Below are positions 10,081-19,300 of a stretch of DNA of 64,000 nucleotides, in pieces. The DNA comes from a virus (Duplodnaviria > Caudoviricetes). Both the position numbers and the translations under genes were made by a program. Numbering within the stretch: the stretch's first letter is position 1; each line of letters begins with the position of its first letter. The notes beneath the pieces were generated by a model. That model did not search any database and was not told the origin of the DNA. It saw only the letters and a list, made by a program, of their open reading frames with translations. The stretch lies in the IMG/VR virus record IMGVR_UViG_3300033463_000079, positions 15,491-79,490 of that record; one strand, written 5' to 3'.

Positions 10081-10644
10081 ATGGCAGGAAATAATAAAAT
10101 TGTTTATGACGGCAGTACACTAATCGACCTTACTGGCGATACTGTAGTACAGAGTGCGGTTTTGAGTGGATATACGTTCCACTACAAAGACGGCTCAATC
10201 AAGACTGGCTCATGTTCCTATGACGCATATACGGGCGATGCTACGGCGACGCAGGGCGAGATACTTGCCACGAAGACTGCGTATGTCAACGGCTCAAAAG
10301 TCACGGGTTCAATGACGAATCAAGGCGGTATCTCTGGCACTATCACTTCACTTTCTCCGTACATCGTACCGAGTGGTTATCACGATGGAAGTGGGCAGGT
10401 CGCAGTAGACTCTACAAATATCGCCGCAGGGAACATCAAAAGTGGAGTCGTTATCTTGGGCATTGAGGGAACTTACACGGGTTCTTCAATCGTTACGCAG
10501 ACTGTAACGGTTACTCCTACCTCAAGTCAGCAGGTCATCACGGCGAGTGCAGGCTACGACTACTTGGCGCAGGTAACAGTACAGTCCGTACCGTACACTT
10601 CTGTTCTCAATAGTGCAGGCGGTTATACCGTTACGATTCTGTAG
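10081..10644 (+). CDS. Tail-associated protein
   Basis: NKIVYDGSTLIDLTGD start, NIKSGV.ILG repeat, ends NSAGGYTVTIL. Confidence 0.6.
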   Translation: MAGNNKIVYDGSTLIDLTGDTVVQSAVLSGYTFHYKDGSIKTGSCSYDAYTGDATATQGEILATKTAYVNGSKVTGSMTNQGGISGTITSLSPYIVPSGYHDGSGQVAVDSTNIAAGNIKSGVVILGIEGTYTGSSIVTQTVTVTPTSSQQVITASAGYDYLAQVTVQSVPYTSVLNSAGGYTVTIL

Positions 10645-10652
10645 GTAAAGAC

Positions 10653-11408
10653 ATGACTGAAAACAATAAAGTCGTTTATGACGGACAAACCTTAATAGAT
10701 TTAACGCAGGACGATGTCACGGCAAGTGATGTGCGTAACGGAGTATATTTCCATTCCGCAGACGGCGTAAGGGGGCAAGGAACATTGACTTCAACATCAA
10801 TACCAACGGCAGACACGATAGCAGAATGGGATTCAGACGCCCACATGAACTCGGAAGATATGAGTTCGGCAGATGTAACGAGTTTTGTTAATGGTCTTGC
10901 ATTTAATGGTCTTGCAAGTTTGATTGACATTTTTTATCCCGTTGGTAGTTACTATGAAACTTCCGATGCATCATTTGACCCAAATGTTGCGTGGGGTGGA
11001 ACTTGGTCATTAGAAGCATCTGGCAAAGTCCATGTGTCATCTGGTGGGGCATATTCTATCGGTGCAACGGGTGGTTCGGAAACTCATGTGCATACCACGG
11101 GCGGTCATACATTGACCACTTCGGAAATCCCTGCACATAACCATGTTCCTGCATCACCAAGTAACACAGATGCACATTTTGTTGCCTACAGAATTATAAG
11201 TGGCTCTTCTGGTAAATATTTTATTGGTTCAAGTTCAAGTGGTGCATCAAGATACACCTACGCATCATCAAGTTCGTATGACCACATTGGAAATTCAAGA
11301 GCAACGGCTAACACGGGTGGTGGTGGCTCACATAGCCACGGCAACACGGGTAGCACATCAAATATGCAACCGTATGTTGTTGTAAATCGTTGGCACAGAA
11401 CGGCATAG
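10653..11408 (+). CDS. Tail fibre/baseplate-type protein with HxH motifs
   Basis: YPVGSYY...P...WGGTW...HVH...AHNH...HSH...QPYVVVNRWHRTA short-fibre module. Confidence 0.65.
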   Translation: MTENNKVVYDGQTLIDLTQDDVTASDVRNGVYFHSADGVRGQGTLTSTSIPTADTIAEWDSDAHMNSEDMSSADVTSFVNGLAFNGLASLIDIFYPVGSYYETSDASFDPNVAWGGTWSLEASGKVHVSSGGAYSIGATGGSETHVHTTGGHTLTTSEIPAHNHVPASPSNTDAHFVAYRIISGSSGKYFIGSSSSGASRYTYASSSSYDHIGNSRATANTGGGGSHSHGNTGSTSNMQPYVVVNRWHRTA

Positions 11409-11417
11409 GAGAAATAA

Positions 11418-11813
11418 ATGAGTAGTGAAACAATAACAAGAAATGACCTCACGAACATACTTGACGAAATCGTGGCAATAGACGGCACGGATATGTCGGC
11501 GCAAGATATACAAGACTTTTGCGATTCTCTTAATATAAGTGGGGCGATGTACCCAAAGATTCAAGTCGGAGAAACTGCCGTAATAACCGTGTCGGCTAAT
11601 AGTTACTACGATGAAAATGTTACTTTTGACAGTTCGTATTCTTCGTATCCTGCGGTAGTCGCATCTTTCGTAACATCATCAACCGCAGGGGAATTTGGCA
11701 AATGTTGTGTTGCCGTACATACCAGAACCACTACGGGGTTTACTATTAGAGTGTTTAATGGCGATGCGACTACTCGTGCGCCCGTTATTCAATGGATAGC
11801 AATAGGAGTGTAA
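11418..11813 (+). CDS. Tail protein with H-type-lectin/gp53-like domain
   Basis: VTFDSSYSSYPAVVAS...TTTGFTIRVFN...IQWIAIG. Confidence 0.55.
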   Translation: MSSETITRNDLTNILDEIVAIDGTDMSAQDIQDFCDSLNISGAMYPKIQVGETAVITVSANSYYDENVTFDSSYSSYPAVVASFVTSSTAGEFGKCCVAVHTRTTTGFTIRVFNGDATTRAPVIQWIAIGV

Positions 11814-11814
11814 C

Positions 11815-12243
11815 ATGAGCAAACTTATAACCGAAAACGATTTAAGAGGAATACTTGACAAGGCACTACCGTTTGGAACAACTACAAAGGTGCTATGGTC
11901 TGGTGTGTTGTATATGTTTAGTGGGCAGACCGCCCCATTGTCCGAAAATGTTTCCGACCAGAAAAACGGCATTGTATTGGTCTGGAGTGCGTATTCAAGT
12001 GGTCAAGCACAGAACTACGATTGGAACTATCAATTTGTTCACAAAAACCATGTTGCCGTTGCGAGCGGTGCAGGCATTTGTCATGTCATGTCAAATGCTA
12101 ACTTTGCAAAGGTTGGGGCGAAATATGTTTATGTAAACAATGACAATATTGCAGGCAACGATTACAACGATGATACGGGAACGGCATCTGGCGTAACCTA
12201 TGCTAATAATTATTGGGTACTACGATATGTACTCGGTGTATAA
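11815..12243 (+). CDS. Tail tip protein (hypothetical)
   Basis: VLWSG...LSENVSDQKNGIVLVWS...WVLRYVLGV fibre C-terminal domain. Confidence 0.5.
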   Translation: MSKLITENDLRGILDKALPFGTTTKVLWSGVLYMFSGQTAPLSENVSDQKNGIVLVWSAYSSGQAQNYDWNYQFVHKNHVAVASGAGICHVMSNANFAKVGAKYVYVNNDNIAGNDYNDDTGTASGVTYANNYWVLRYVLGV

Positions 12244-12257
12244 AAAGGAGATAACAA

Positions 12258-12557
12258 ATGAATTTTGGAACAAAAGTAAGAACAATCTTGGCGATTGCAA
12301 CATCGCTAAACACGGCACTTCTTGCCACAGACATTACGGGTTTCAACAACGGAACGCTTGACTTGATTTACAAGATTTTCTCCGTTGCTTTGAACTTCGT
12401 CATCGTTGCGTGTTGTACTTGGTACAACAATGACTACACTCCAGAAGCCTGCGAAGCAACGGGCGAAATGAGAGCAAGGAAAGACGAAATCAAAAAAAAA
12501 GTCAATGGCGAGTGCTTTTATGATTACGAGGAGGTAGAGGACGATGACATTCAGTAA
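12258..12557 (+). CDS. Holin (SPP1-like)
   Basis: Two hydrophobic helices, TWYNNDYT..A motif, charged C-terminus, directly upstream of the lysin. Confidence 0.7.
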   Translation: MNFGTKVRTILAIATSLNTALLATDITGFNNGTLDLIYKIFSVALNFVIVACCTWYNNDYTPEACEATGEMRARKDEIKKKVNGECFYDYEEVEDDDIQ

Positions 12558-13362
12558 CCCAAAAATCTACAGACAAGCAGACTCCAGATGGGGTTCTCTG
12601 CCTTATCCAACAAAGGCTTACAAGTTCGGCTCTAACGGTTGCGGTTGTTGTTCTTGCCTGCACAACATCATTGAGATAGACAAGTACAAGAACTGGACAC
12701 CGAAAGACCTGCGACCTTACATGGTAGGGCAGGGATTCGCCACAAAGGGTCACGGCACTACATGGAACGGAATCACGAAGACACTTCAGCACTACGGATT
12801 CACGGTATCGCACCCAAGCATTTCAAAGTCTATGACTCCTGCATGGAATGTACTCAACAAGAAAGATGCCCCAAAGCAGGGCGTTCTTTTGTTTAGAGCA
12901 GGGGTCAGAAACGGATGCAGATGGACGAGTGGGGGTCACTATGTAGCCTTTTTGGACTACAAGGTTGTCAACGGAAAGCACTATTTCTACACAAAGGATT
13001 CTGGGGGCAGGAAACATGACGGTTGGTATTGCTATGAAACCTACATGAAAGGACTTCTGCCACAAATCTGGATTGTGACGAAGAAACCAAACACTCCTGC
13101 ACCTAAACCAACGCCGACTCCTGCGAAGAAGTATTCTGGCACTATCCCTGCACCGACAATCAAGAAAGGTTCAAAGGGAGATAAGGTAAGAAGTTTGCAA
13201 AAGTTCCTTAATTGGTACGGCAACTACGGACTCAAGGTAGACGGCGTATGCGGAAACAAGACAGTAGAAGCACTCAAGAAGTTCCAGAAAGCAAACGGAC
13301 TCACGGCAGACGGCATCTACGGTGCAAAGACACAAGCAAAGGCAAAGACATACAAGGGATAA
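12544..13362 (+). CDS. Endolysin: C39-like peptidase plus peptidoglycan-binding domain
   Basis: YRQADSRWG...GCG, GGHYV catalytic segments; IKKGSKGDKVRSLQKFL..DGVCG..T PG-binding-1 repeat. Confidence 0.8.
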   Translation: MTFSNPKIYRQADSRWGSLPYPTKAYKFGSNGCGCCSCLHNIIEIDKYKNWTPKDLRPYMVGQGFATKGHGTTWNGITKTLQHYGFTVSHPSISKSMTPAWNVLNKKDAPKQGVLLFRAGVRNGCRWTSGGHYVAFLDYKVVNGKHYFYTKDSGGRKHDGWYCYETYMKGLLPQIWIVTKKPNTPAPKPTPTPAKKYSGTIPAPTIKKGSKGDKVRSLQKFLNWYGNYGLKVDGVCGNKTVEALKKFQKANGLTADGIYGAKTQAKAKTYKG

Positions 13363-13366
13363 GACA

Positions 13367-13597
13367 ATGACAGAAGCAATTATTATCGCGTTCATCACGG
13401 GCGGTCTGGCAATCATCAGCAATCTCGTAATCGCGGCGACCAACAACTCAAAGACGATTTACCGTATTGAGCAACTCGAAAAGAAGATGGAAAAGCACAA
13501 CCAACTGATTGAGAGAGTCGCGTTACTGGAGCATGACGAGCAGACCCAATGGAAACGCATCGACGAATTACGGGAAGAAATAAATAATGGAAGATGA
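13367..13597 (+). CDS. Small membrane/coiled-coil protein (XhlA/holin-like)
   Basis: N-terminal TM helix, then YRIEQLEKKMEKHNQLIER. Confidence 0.55.
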   Translation: MTEAIIIAFITGGLAIISNLVIAATNNSKTIYRIEQLEKKMEKHNQLIERVALLEHDEQTQWKRIDELREEINNGR

Positions 13598-13850
13598 AAA
13601 AGCCTTGATTGAACTACTCAAGGATATGCTAAAACAGAAGCAGAAAGAGGCGAGGTATCTCTTTATCTCACTCGTTGTCATTGTTGTAATGAACGTATGC
13701 ACTATTGGAGCATTTCTTTGGTACGAAAGTCAAATGGAAACCGTCACGACAACAACCACGACCACTACAACGCAAGAAGTAGACGGCGAGAACAACGATA
13801 TTGTCAACGGCGACCAATACAACGACGAGTCACAGAACAGGAGTAACTAA
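13587..13850 (+). CDS. Membrane protein with Thr9 tract
   Basis: One TM helix followed by VTTTTTTTTTQEVDG. Confidence 0.6.
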   Translation: MEDEKALIELLKDMLKQKQKEARYLFISLVVIVVMNVCTIGAFLWYESQMETVTTTTTTTTTQEVDGENNDIVNGDQYNDESQNRSN

Positions 13851-14008
13851 TGTCAGCAAAACAAACAACAACGACTACTACCACGACTACGACTCGGAAG
13901 AAGAAAGAAAAGAAAAAGTCGGGCAAGACAGTCAAGGACGCATACACCGCAAAGGTCAAGAAGTCCAAAGAGAGAAAGGTCTGTCCGACTTGTGGGCGAC
14001 CACTATGA
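13850..14008 (+). CDS. Small basic protein with Thr10 tract and CPTC knuckle (52 aa, not in track)
   Basis: TAATG and ATGA overlaps with both neighbours; MSAKQT10RKKK...CPTCGRPL. Confidence 0.6.
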   Translation: MSAKQTTTTTTTTTTRKKKEKKKSGKTVKDAYTAKVKKSKERKVCPTCGRPL

Positions 14009-14235
14009 GTGAACACATCGAAACGAGGAAGAAGTTAAAGGAAATAGCGAGCGTGTCCTCTTTTACCTCCTTAATTAACTCGGCAACTCTCTCGCATACA
14101 GATAAGCAGATTCTCGTTCTTCATTACATAGATGGAAAAGACTTTAGATACATCGGGGACACGCTTGGCTATTCCGAATCGACAATTAAGAAACGGCATA
14201 AAAAGGCTCTAAAGAAATTGAGCCAACTCTTTTAA
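14005..14235 (+). CDS. Sigma-70 region-4/LuxR-type HTH regulator (76 aa)
   Basis: DKQILVLHYIDGKDFRYIGDTLGYSESTIKKRHKKALKKL; ATGA overlap sets the start at 14005. Confidence 0.75.
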   Translation: MSEHIETRKKLKEIASVSSFTSLINSATLSHTDKQILVLHYIDGKDFRYIGDTLGYSESTIKKRHKKALKKLSQLF

Positions 14236-14260
14236 GGTACTTCCGTTCACTTTCGGCGGT

Positions 14261-14293
14261 GCTTACGATAGAAAGTCTCTTGCTATCATAAGC
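14261..14293 (+). promoter_or_regulatory. Inverted repeat overlapping an extended -10 (TG-C-TATCAT) upstream of the accessory cassette
   Basis: GCTTACGATAG-N11-CTATCATAAGC (one mismatch). Confidence 0.5.
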
Positions 14294-14312
14294 ATGGAAA
14301 GGAAGTGAGCGT

Positions 14313-14525
14313 ATGAATTACAATAATGCAAAGGCTATGGTAGACATGATGCGCGGGGCGAGGAATCCGCAGGCTCTCCTACGGGAGTATGCAAGGACTA
14401 ACCAAAACGTCCGCGAGGTCATGGACTACATGGACAAATGCGGCGACCCAAGAACCGCGTTTTATCAAATGGCGAGCGCAAAAGGCGTTGACCCAGAGGC
14501 TATCCTTTCGATGATTAGAAAGTAA
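14313..14525 (+). CDS. Hypothetical small helical protein
   Basis: 70 aa, NPQALL...GDPRTAFYQMA..KGVDP; SD present. Confidence 0.6.
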   Translation: MNYNNAKAMVDMMRGARNPQALLREYARTNQNVREVMDYMDKCGDPRTAFYQMASAKGVDPEAILSMIRK

Positions 14526-14564
14526 TTGCAATTACATAAAAATCTTTAGAAAGGAGAACTGAAT

Positions 14565-15203
14565 ATGGAAAACGGACTTTCTGCGAGCGATGTCGCATTG
14601 ATGAACCGCGACACAGGCTTTGGCGGTGAGGCGTTCATGTGGATTTTCGCACTTCTGATTCTGGCAGGCGGTGGCTTCGGCGGTCTTGGCTATGGCGGTA
14701 ACGCCGTGACACAGGACGCGATGCAGAACGGATTTAACTTCAACGACCTGCAAGACCAGAACCGTGACATTATGAACGCTATCACAGGCGGTACTGCACA
14801 GTCTGTAGCGACGACCAACCAGACATTCCACGATTCTCTGTTTGCCCTCAACGATAAGTATTCGGAACTGGCAAGAGATATTAGTGGCGTGAATATGCAA
14901 CTGCAACAGGTTCTGTCAAACCAGAATGAATGTTGTTGCTCGACCAAAATGGAAATCGCCAACAACAGATATGAGGCGGCACTCAATACTGCCAAAATCA
15001 ATGAAACGACTGTAGCACAGAGCCAGAAGATTCTGGACGCTCTGGCACAGAACAAAATCGAAGCATTACAGGCACAGGTAAACGCTCTTGAACTGCAAAA
15101 CGCCGTGGCAGGGGTGGTAAGATACCCTAACTCATGGGTGTATGACGCAGGCAAAGCACCTTTCTGTACTTGTACCACAACTACGCCGACAACAGGCGCA
15201 TAA
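14565..15203 (+). CDS. Hypothetical protein: Gly-rich hydrophobic N-terminus, long coiled coil, CCC motif
   Basis: WIFALLILAGGGFGGLGYGG, QNECCCST, heptad region; AAGGAG SD. Confidence 0.7.
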   Translation: MENGLSASDVALMNRDTGFGGEAFMWIFALLILAGGGFGGLGYGGNAVTQDAMQNGFNFNDLQDQNRDIMNAITGGTAQSVATTNQTFHDSLFALNDKYSELARDISGVNMQLQQVLSNQNECCCSTKMEIANNRYEAALNTAKINETTVAQSQKILDALAQNKIEALQAQVNALELQNAVAGVVRYPNSWVYDAGKAPFCTCTTTTPTTGA

Positions 15204-15212
15204 GGAGAGACA

Positions 15213-15683
15213 ATGGAAGTTAGTGAAATTTTCGCGAGACTCAAGGCACACATGTTAGAGGGCATGGTATTCCATGACGGAATGGTACGCTACTACGGAT
15301 TCCTTAATTGCGATGAATGGAAAAACGAGCATGAATGGCATTACGCCGAGGAAACCGATGGCTACCGTCAATTATGCGACTACTACATGAACCACTACAA
15401 TGCGTTGATTCCAGTTGAACCGATGAACCGTCCAGACGTTATACCAGACTCTTGGTATCGTTACACAAGAGGCGACGTAGACGACGGGACGAGAAAGAAC
15501 GGCAAGGAAATCGGCATAAAAAAATGGGCTGAATGGGAACGCGAAACAAAAGATTTGTATCAAGATATGTGGAAAGAACTCGTAGCAATCAACGAAATCG
15601 CCGCCGCACAATTTATCTCTCGGTACATTCGTGCGGTTGACGAAGAACTGAAATGCGCGGAGAAGTACACTCTTGGTCTATAA
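15213..15683 (+). CDS. Probable ferritin-like four-helix protein
   Basis: Helical with HMLEG..FH, HEWHYAEE, WERETK.LY and VDEELK metal-ligand-like spacing. Confidence 0.5.
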   Translation: MEVSEIFARLKAHMLEGMVFHDGMVRYYGFLNCDEWKNEHEWHYAEETDGYRQLCDYYMNHYNALIPVEPMNRPDVIPDSWYRYTRGDVDDGTRKNGKEIGIKKWAEWERETKDLYQDMWKELVAINEIAAAQFISRYIRAVDEELKCAEKYTLGL

Positions 15684-15688
15684 GATTT

Positions 15689-15714
15689 AGCCACCTCGAA
15701 AGGGGTGGCTTTTT
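15689..15714 (+). terminator. Intrinsic terminator
   Basis: AGCCACCTC-GAAA-GGGGTGGCT then TTTT. Confidence 0.85.
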
Positions 15715-15736
15715 CGTGGATTAAAAGGAGACACAA

Positions 15737-16387
15737 ATGGCAGTTACATACACCGCCCCTGCGTATGATGAAAAGAAATATCGGCAAGGAATAGACACTT
15801 CTTTTTACCAGAACGCAATCAACAATTACACGGCACAAGCAAACAAAGAGAGACAGACACAACTCGGAGAAGCCCAGAAAACGCAACAGTCCGCATTAAA
15901 GCAGGCGTACATTCAAAGGGCGCAGAATCAGCAGAAACTCCAGAATAACCTCGCTCAAGCAGGTATTCGTGGTGGCATGACAGAAACCGCCAACCTTAAT
16001 TTAGCCAATCAGTACGGGCAGGCGAGAGCCGCGGCGAACACCGACTACGCCAATTCTGTGAACCAAATCAATCAGTCAACTGACAGAAACATCTTCGACT
16101 ATACGGCAGATATGCAGTCAAGGGCAGAAGAATACAAGCAGAACATGGCGCAGGCAAAGTGGCAGGCGGCGAGAGAGGATTCATTGAATCAGTACAACTC
16201 CGCACAGGAATATTGGAATAATTATTATCTTGATTACTACTCTGGCTACTCCAAGAAGAACGTCCAAAAGGCATTAAAGACGGCGGAAAAGAACTTGAAG
16301 AACGCCAAGACAGACGCGGAGAGAATTAGGATTCAGCAACAGATTAGAGGAATCCAAAACAGACTCGGAGTTATCGCCAATAAGTAA
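15737..16387 (+). CDS. Internal virion / DNA ejection protein
   Basis: Gln/Ala/Asn-rich helical protein immediately before the giant gene, as in podovirus ejectosome operons. Confidence 0.6.
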   Translation: MAVTYTAPAYDEKKYRQGIDTSFYQNAINNYTAQANKERQTQLGEAQKTQQSALKQAYIQRAQNQQKLQNNLAQAGIRGGMTETANLNLANQYGQARAAANTDYANSVNQINQSTDRNIFDYTADMQSRAEEYKQNMAQAKWQAAREDSLNQYNSAQEYWNNYYLDYYSGYSKKNVQKALKTAEKNLKNAKTDAERIRIQQQIRGIQNRLGVIANK

Positions 16388-16398
16388 GGGAGTTACTA

Positions 16399-19300
16399 AT
16401 GGCTGAACATAAAATTAGACAAAAGACAACAACGCCAAAAAAGAAGAAGCCAGAAGAAGACAGGTTCGGCAAAAAAGGAAAGCAACAGGCGAAAAAAGCA
16501 AAGGCTGAAAAGACTGGGGCAAGCAAACTGAACAAGACTGGCAATTCTCGTGCAGATGAAAGACGAGAGGGAGCGGTAAGGGCGAGGGAAAACCCTGTCA
16601 ACAAGACTCGTGGCGGTGCGCAGAACTATATCATCAAGGATAAGGTTCAACCAATTTTAACTGCACCAACAAAGACTGTATCTGGCGCATTGAAGAACGC
16701 ACAGAACACGGCAGGGCAGGCTCGCAACCAGCACAGAGGCGGTCATGTAACTAACGTAGTAGACAAAACCAACAGGTCGAAAACCCACGGTGCAAGCACG
16801 ACTGTTGTCACTACTCCACAGACAAAAAGAAACGACAGGCTTACCGCTAAAGGACAGGTAGAACGCGACAAAGCAATAAAGGCAAACGACCAGAAGATAC
16901 AAACGGTTGCCGACACAAAAGCAAAGAACGACAAAAACGGATATGCCTATGGTGGTAAGTTAATAAAGACTCTCGACAAGTATAATGAGAAAGTTGATAA
17001 GGCACTTGAAGAGGGCAAGAAGAAAGACCTCGAATATGCCGCAGAGTCTTTCTCCGACAAGAAAGTTGATATTCCGTTCTATACAAAGTATGCAAAAGGC
17101 AAAGCAGAAGCAGAGGCTAAAAAGGCATTAAAAGAGGGCGGAGTAACCCAGAAAAAAGGCAAAGAAAACGTCGACAATTGGATTACAGAGACAGAATCGA
17201 ATTGGGATAAAAGTGGGTTCAAGGTAACCGACGATACAGTTGTAACCGAAGACGGCAAAACTTGGGGGCAGATAAAGCAAGAGGCATACGACCAAGAGGC
17301 GGCTCGCATTAGATTTGAACGCAGTAAGTACATAAACCAATCCACTAACGGAGTTGGTCAACTGTCTGCGCAGGATATAGTCAAGGGCGGTATTGAAATG
17401 GGGTCGGAGTTCATTGACTACGGCGTTCCTTACATGGCTACCGCTAAAGGCTCTATCAAGGTTGCGGAAAAACTCATGGCGAAAGCCGCGAAAGCAGGCA
17501 AAACAGGCGCAAAAGTTGCACCAAAAACCGAAGCGGCTATCGGCAGGCTCGTGGCAGACGGCAAACTGACTCCGCAGGCGGCGAAGAAACTCAACACGCA
17601 GATTGCCATTAAGTCTGGCGCAAAGAGTTTCTCAAAGGAACTTGTTGCTAATGCTCTCCAAGATGCGACTATCGGTACGGCTATCGACCTCGGCAAAGGC
17701 ATTGAACAGGGTTTACAGGGCAAAGACCTTGAAAAGTACATGAAAGACAATGCTATTGCTAACCTCGCACTCGGTATTCCTATGAGTGGAATCGCGGGAA
17801 GAGCAGGTGCGAAAGAGGCTAAACAGGCTCTCGCAGAGGACATAGCAGGTAGCGTCAACAAGTTCACCAACCTCACAAGAGAAGAGGGATTTGAACTCGA
17901 CAACCTTATCAAGAAATCCAATGACAAGAACGCCACGCTCGGCAACTTCGAGGCGCAGAGACTGTCGGAACTGCAAGACAAGGCTCTTGGTGGAGATTCT
18001 GCCGTTGTCAATTCCAAAGGGAAAATCGAAGTAAACAAAGCGGAAACCACGGTAGAGGGATTGAGCCGTGAAGACGCTAAAGAATATATAAAGTTAAGGG
18101 CGAAAGCGGCGAGTGGACAAATACAACCGCACGAACTCGGCAACCTCGCGGGTCTTCAAAAGAAAGTCGAACAGGCTTATAAGCAGACAGAGGCTAAAGC
18201 GCAGAAGACTATCAACATTTCCAACAAGAGAATCACGAGCGCGATGCAAGAAGACGCTGAAATGGCAGTCCGTTTCTTTGAGCGAACTGGAGACAAGGCA
18301 AGACTCAAGCAGGCGAATGACGTTCTGGAAAGAGCAAAGAAAGCCACGGCAGAAAAGAACGCGGCTCTTGAAACCAACATCGACAAGATGAAAGACATCA
18401 CCAAAGGCAACTACCGTTGGGTTGATTCAAAGGAAATGGAGGCTCTTACAGGAGACGGAAGAATCGGTGGCTATTACGATGAGGCTACAGGAGAAATCGT
18501 AGTCAACAGGGATTCTCCGCAGGCTTATCAGACTATCATCGGTCACGAGACAATGCACATGTTGAAAGCGGCGAACCGAGAGGGATATGACAAACTTGCC
18601 AACATGCTCGCTGATTATGTTAAAGAACTCGATGAATACGACTCTCTCGTTGCAGAAGTAAAACAAGCATATCCAGAACTCGTTGCCAAAGGAGACGCTG
18701 ACGCTCTTGACGAAGAGTTGGTTTCTGAAATGCTCGGTCGGTATGTGTTTGGTGAAGACGACACGTTTATTAAAAAGTTGGCAGGCGAAGACCCTACAAC
18801 TCTCCAAAAAATAATCAACTACATTAAAAAGTTGTTTGCAAATAACGACAACGCCGAATTAAGGGAACAATTTGCCAAATTAGAGCAAACCGCATTGGAA
18901 CAAATACGCGATGCGCACCCAGAGGTTATCGCAAGAGAAAACGCGAGAAAGAAGTGGTCAAGAATTGTAGATAGTTCTGGCGAGCGAGTAGATGTGGCAG
19001 ACAGGCAAATATCGGCACGGGTTATAGACCAATGCTATCTTGACGCAGTAAAGTGCGGAGACCTTGACCTTGCGCAGAGGATAGTTGACCAACACTTGCT
19101 CTCTCAAGGGTTTGGAATCCCTGCGTTCCACGGGACTACGAGATTTGGGTTCACAACTGTTGACATGGGTAAACTCGACGATGGAGCGTCAATATTTGCC
19201 GCACGGTCGCCTGCCGTGGCACATACATATACTGGGTCGTATCGTAGTTCAAGACCAAACGTCAAGAAGATTGGGAATCCAAAAGAACCGTTAAAAAATA

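Noticed and set aside
10069-10083. TAG read-through or recoded genetic code (TAG in frame with the next ORF)
   Set aside because: TAG is reused as part of TAGGAG SD sites; other TAG junctions are out of frame or followed by TAA; multi-kb ORFs are intact in the standard code
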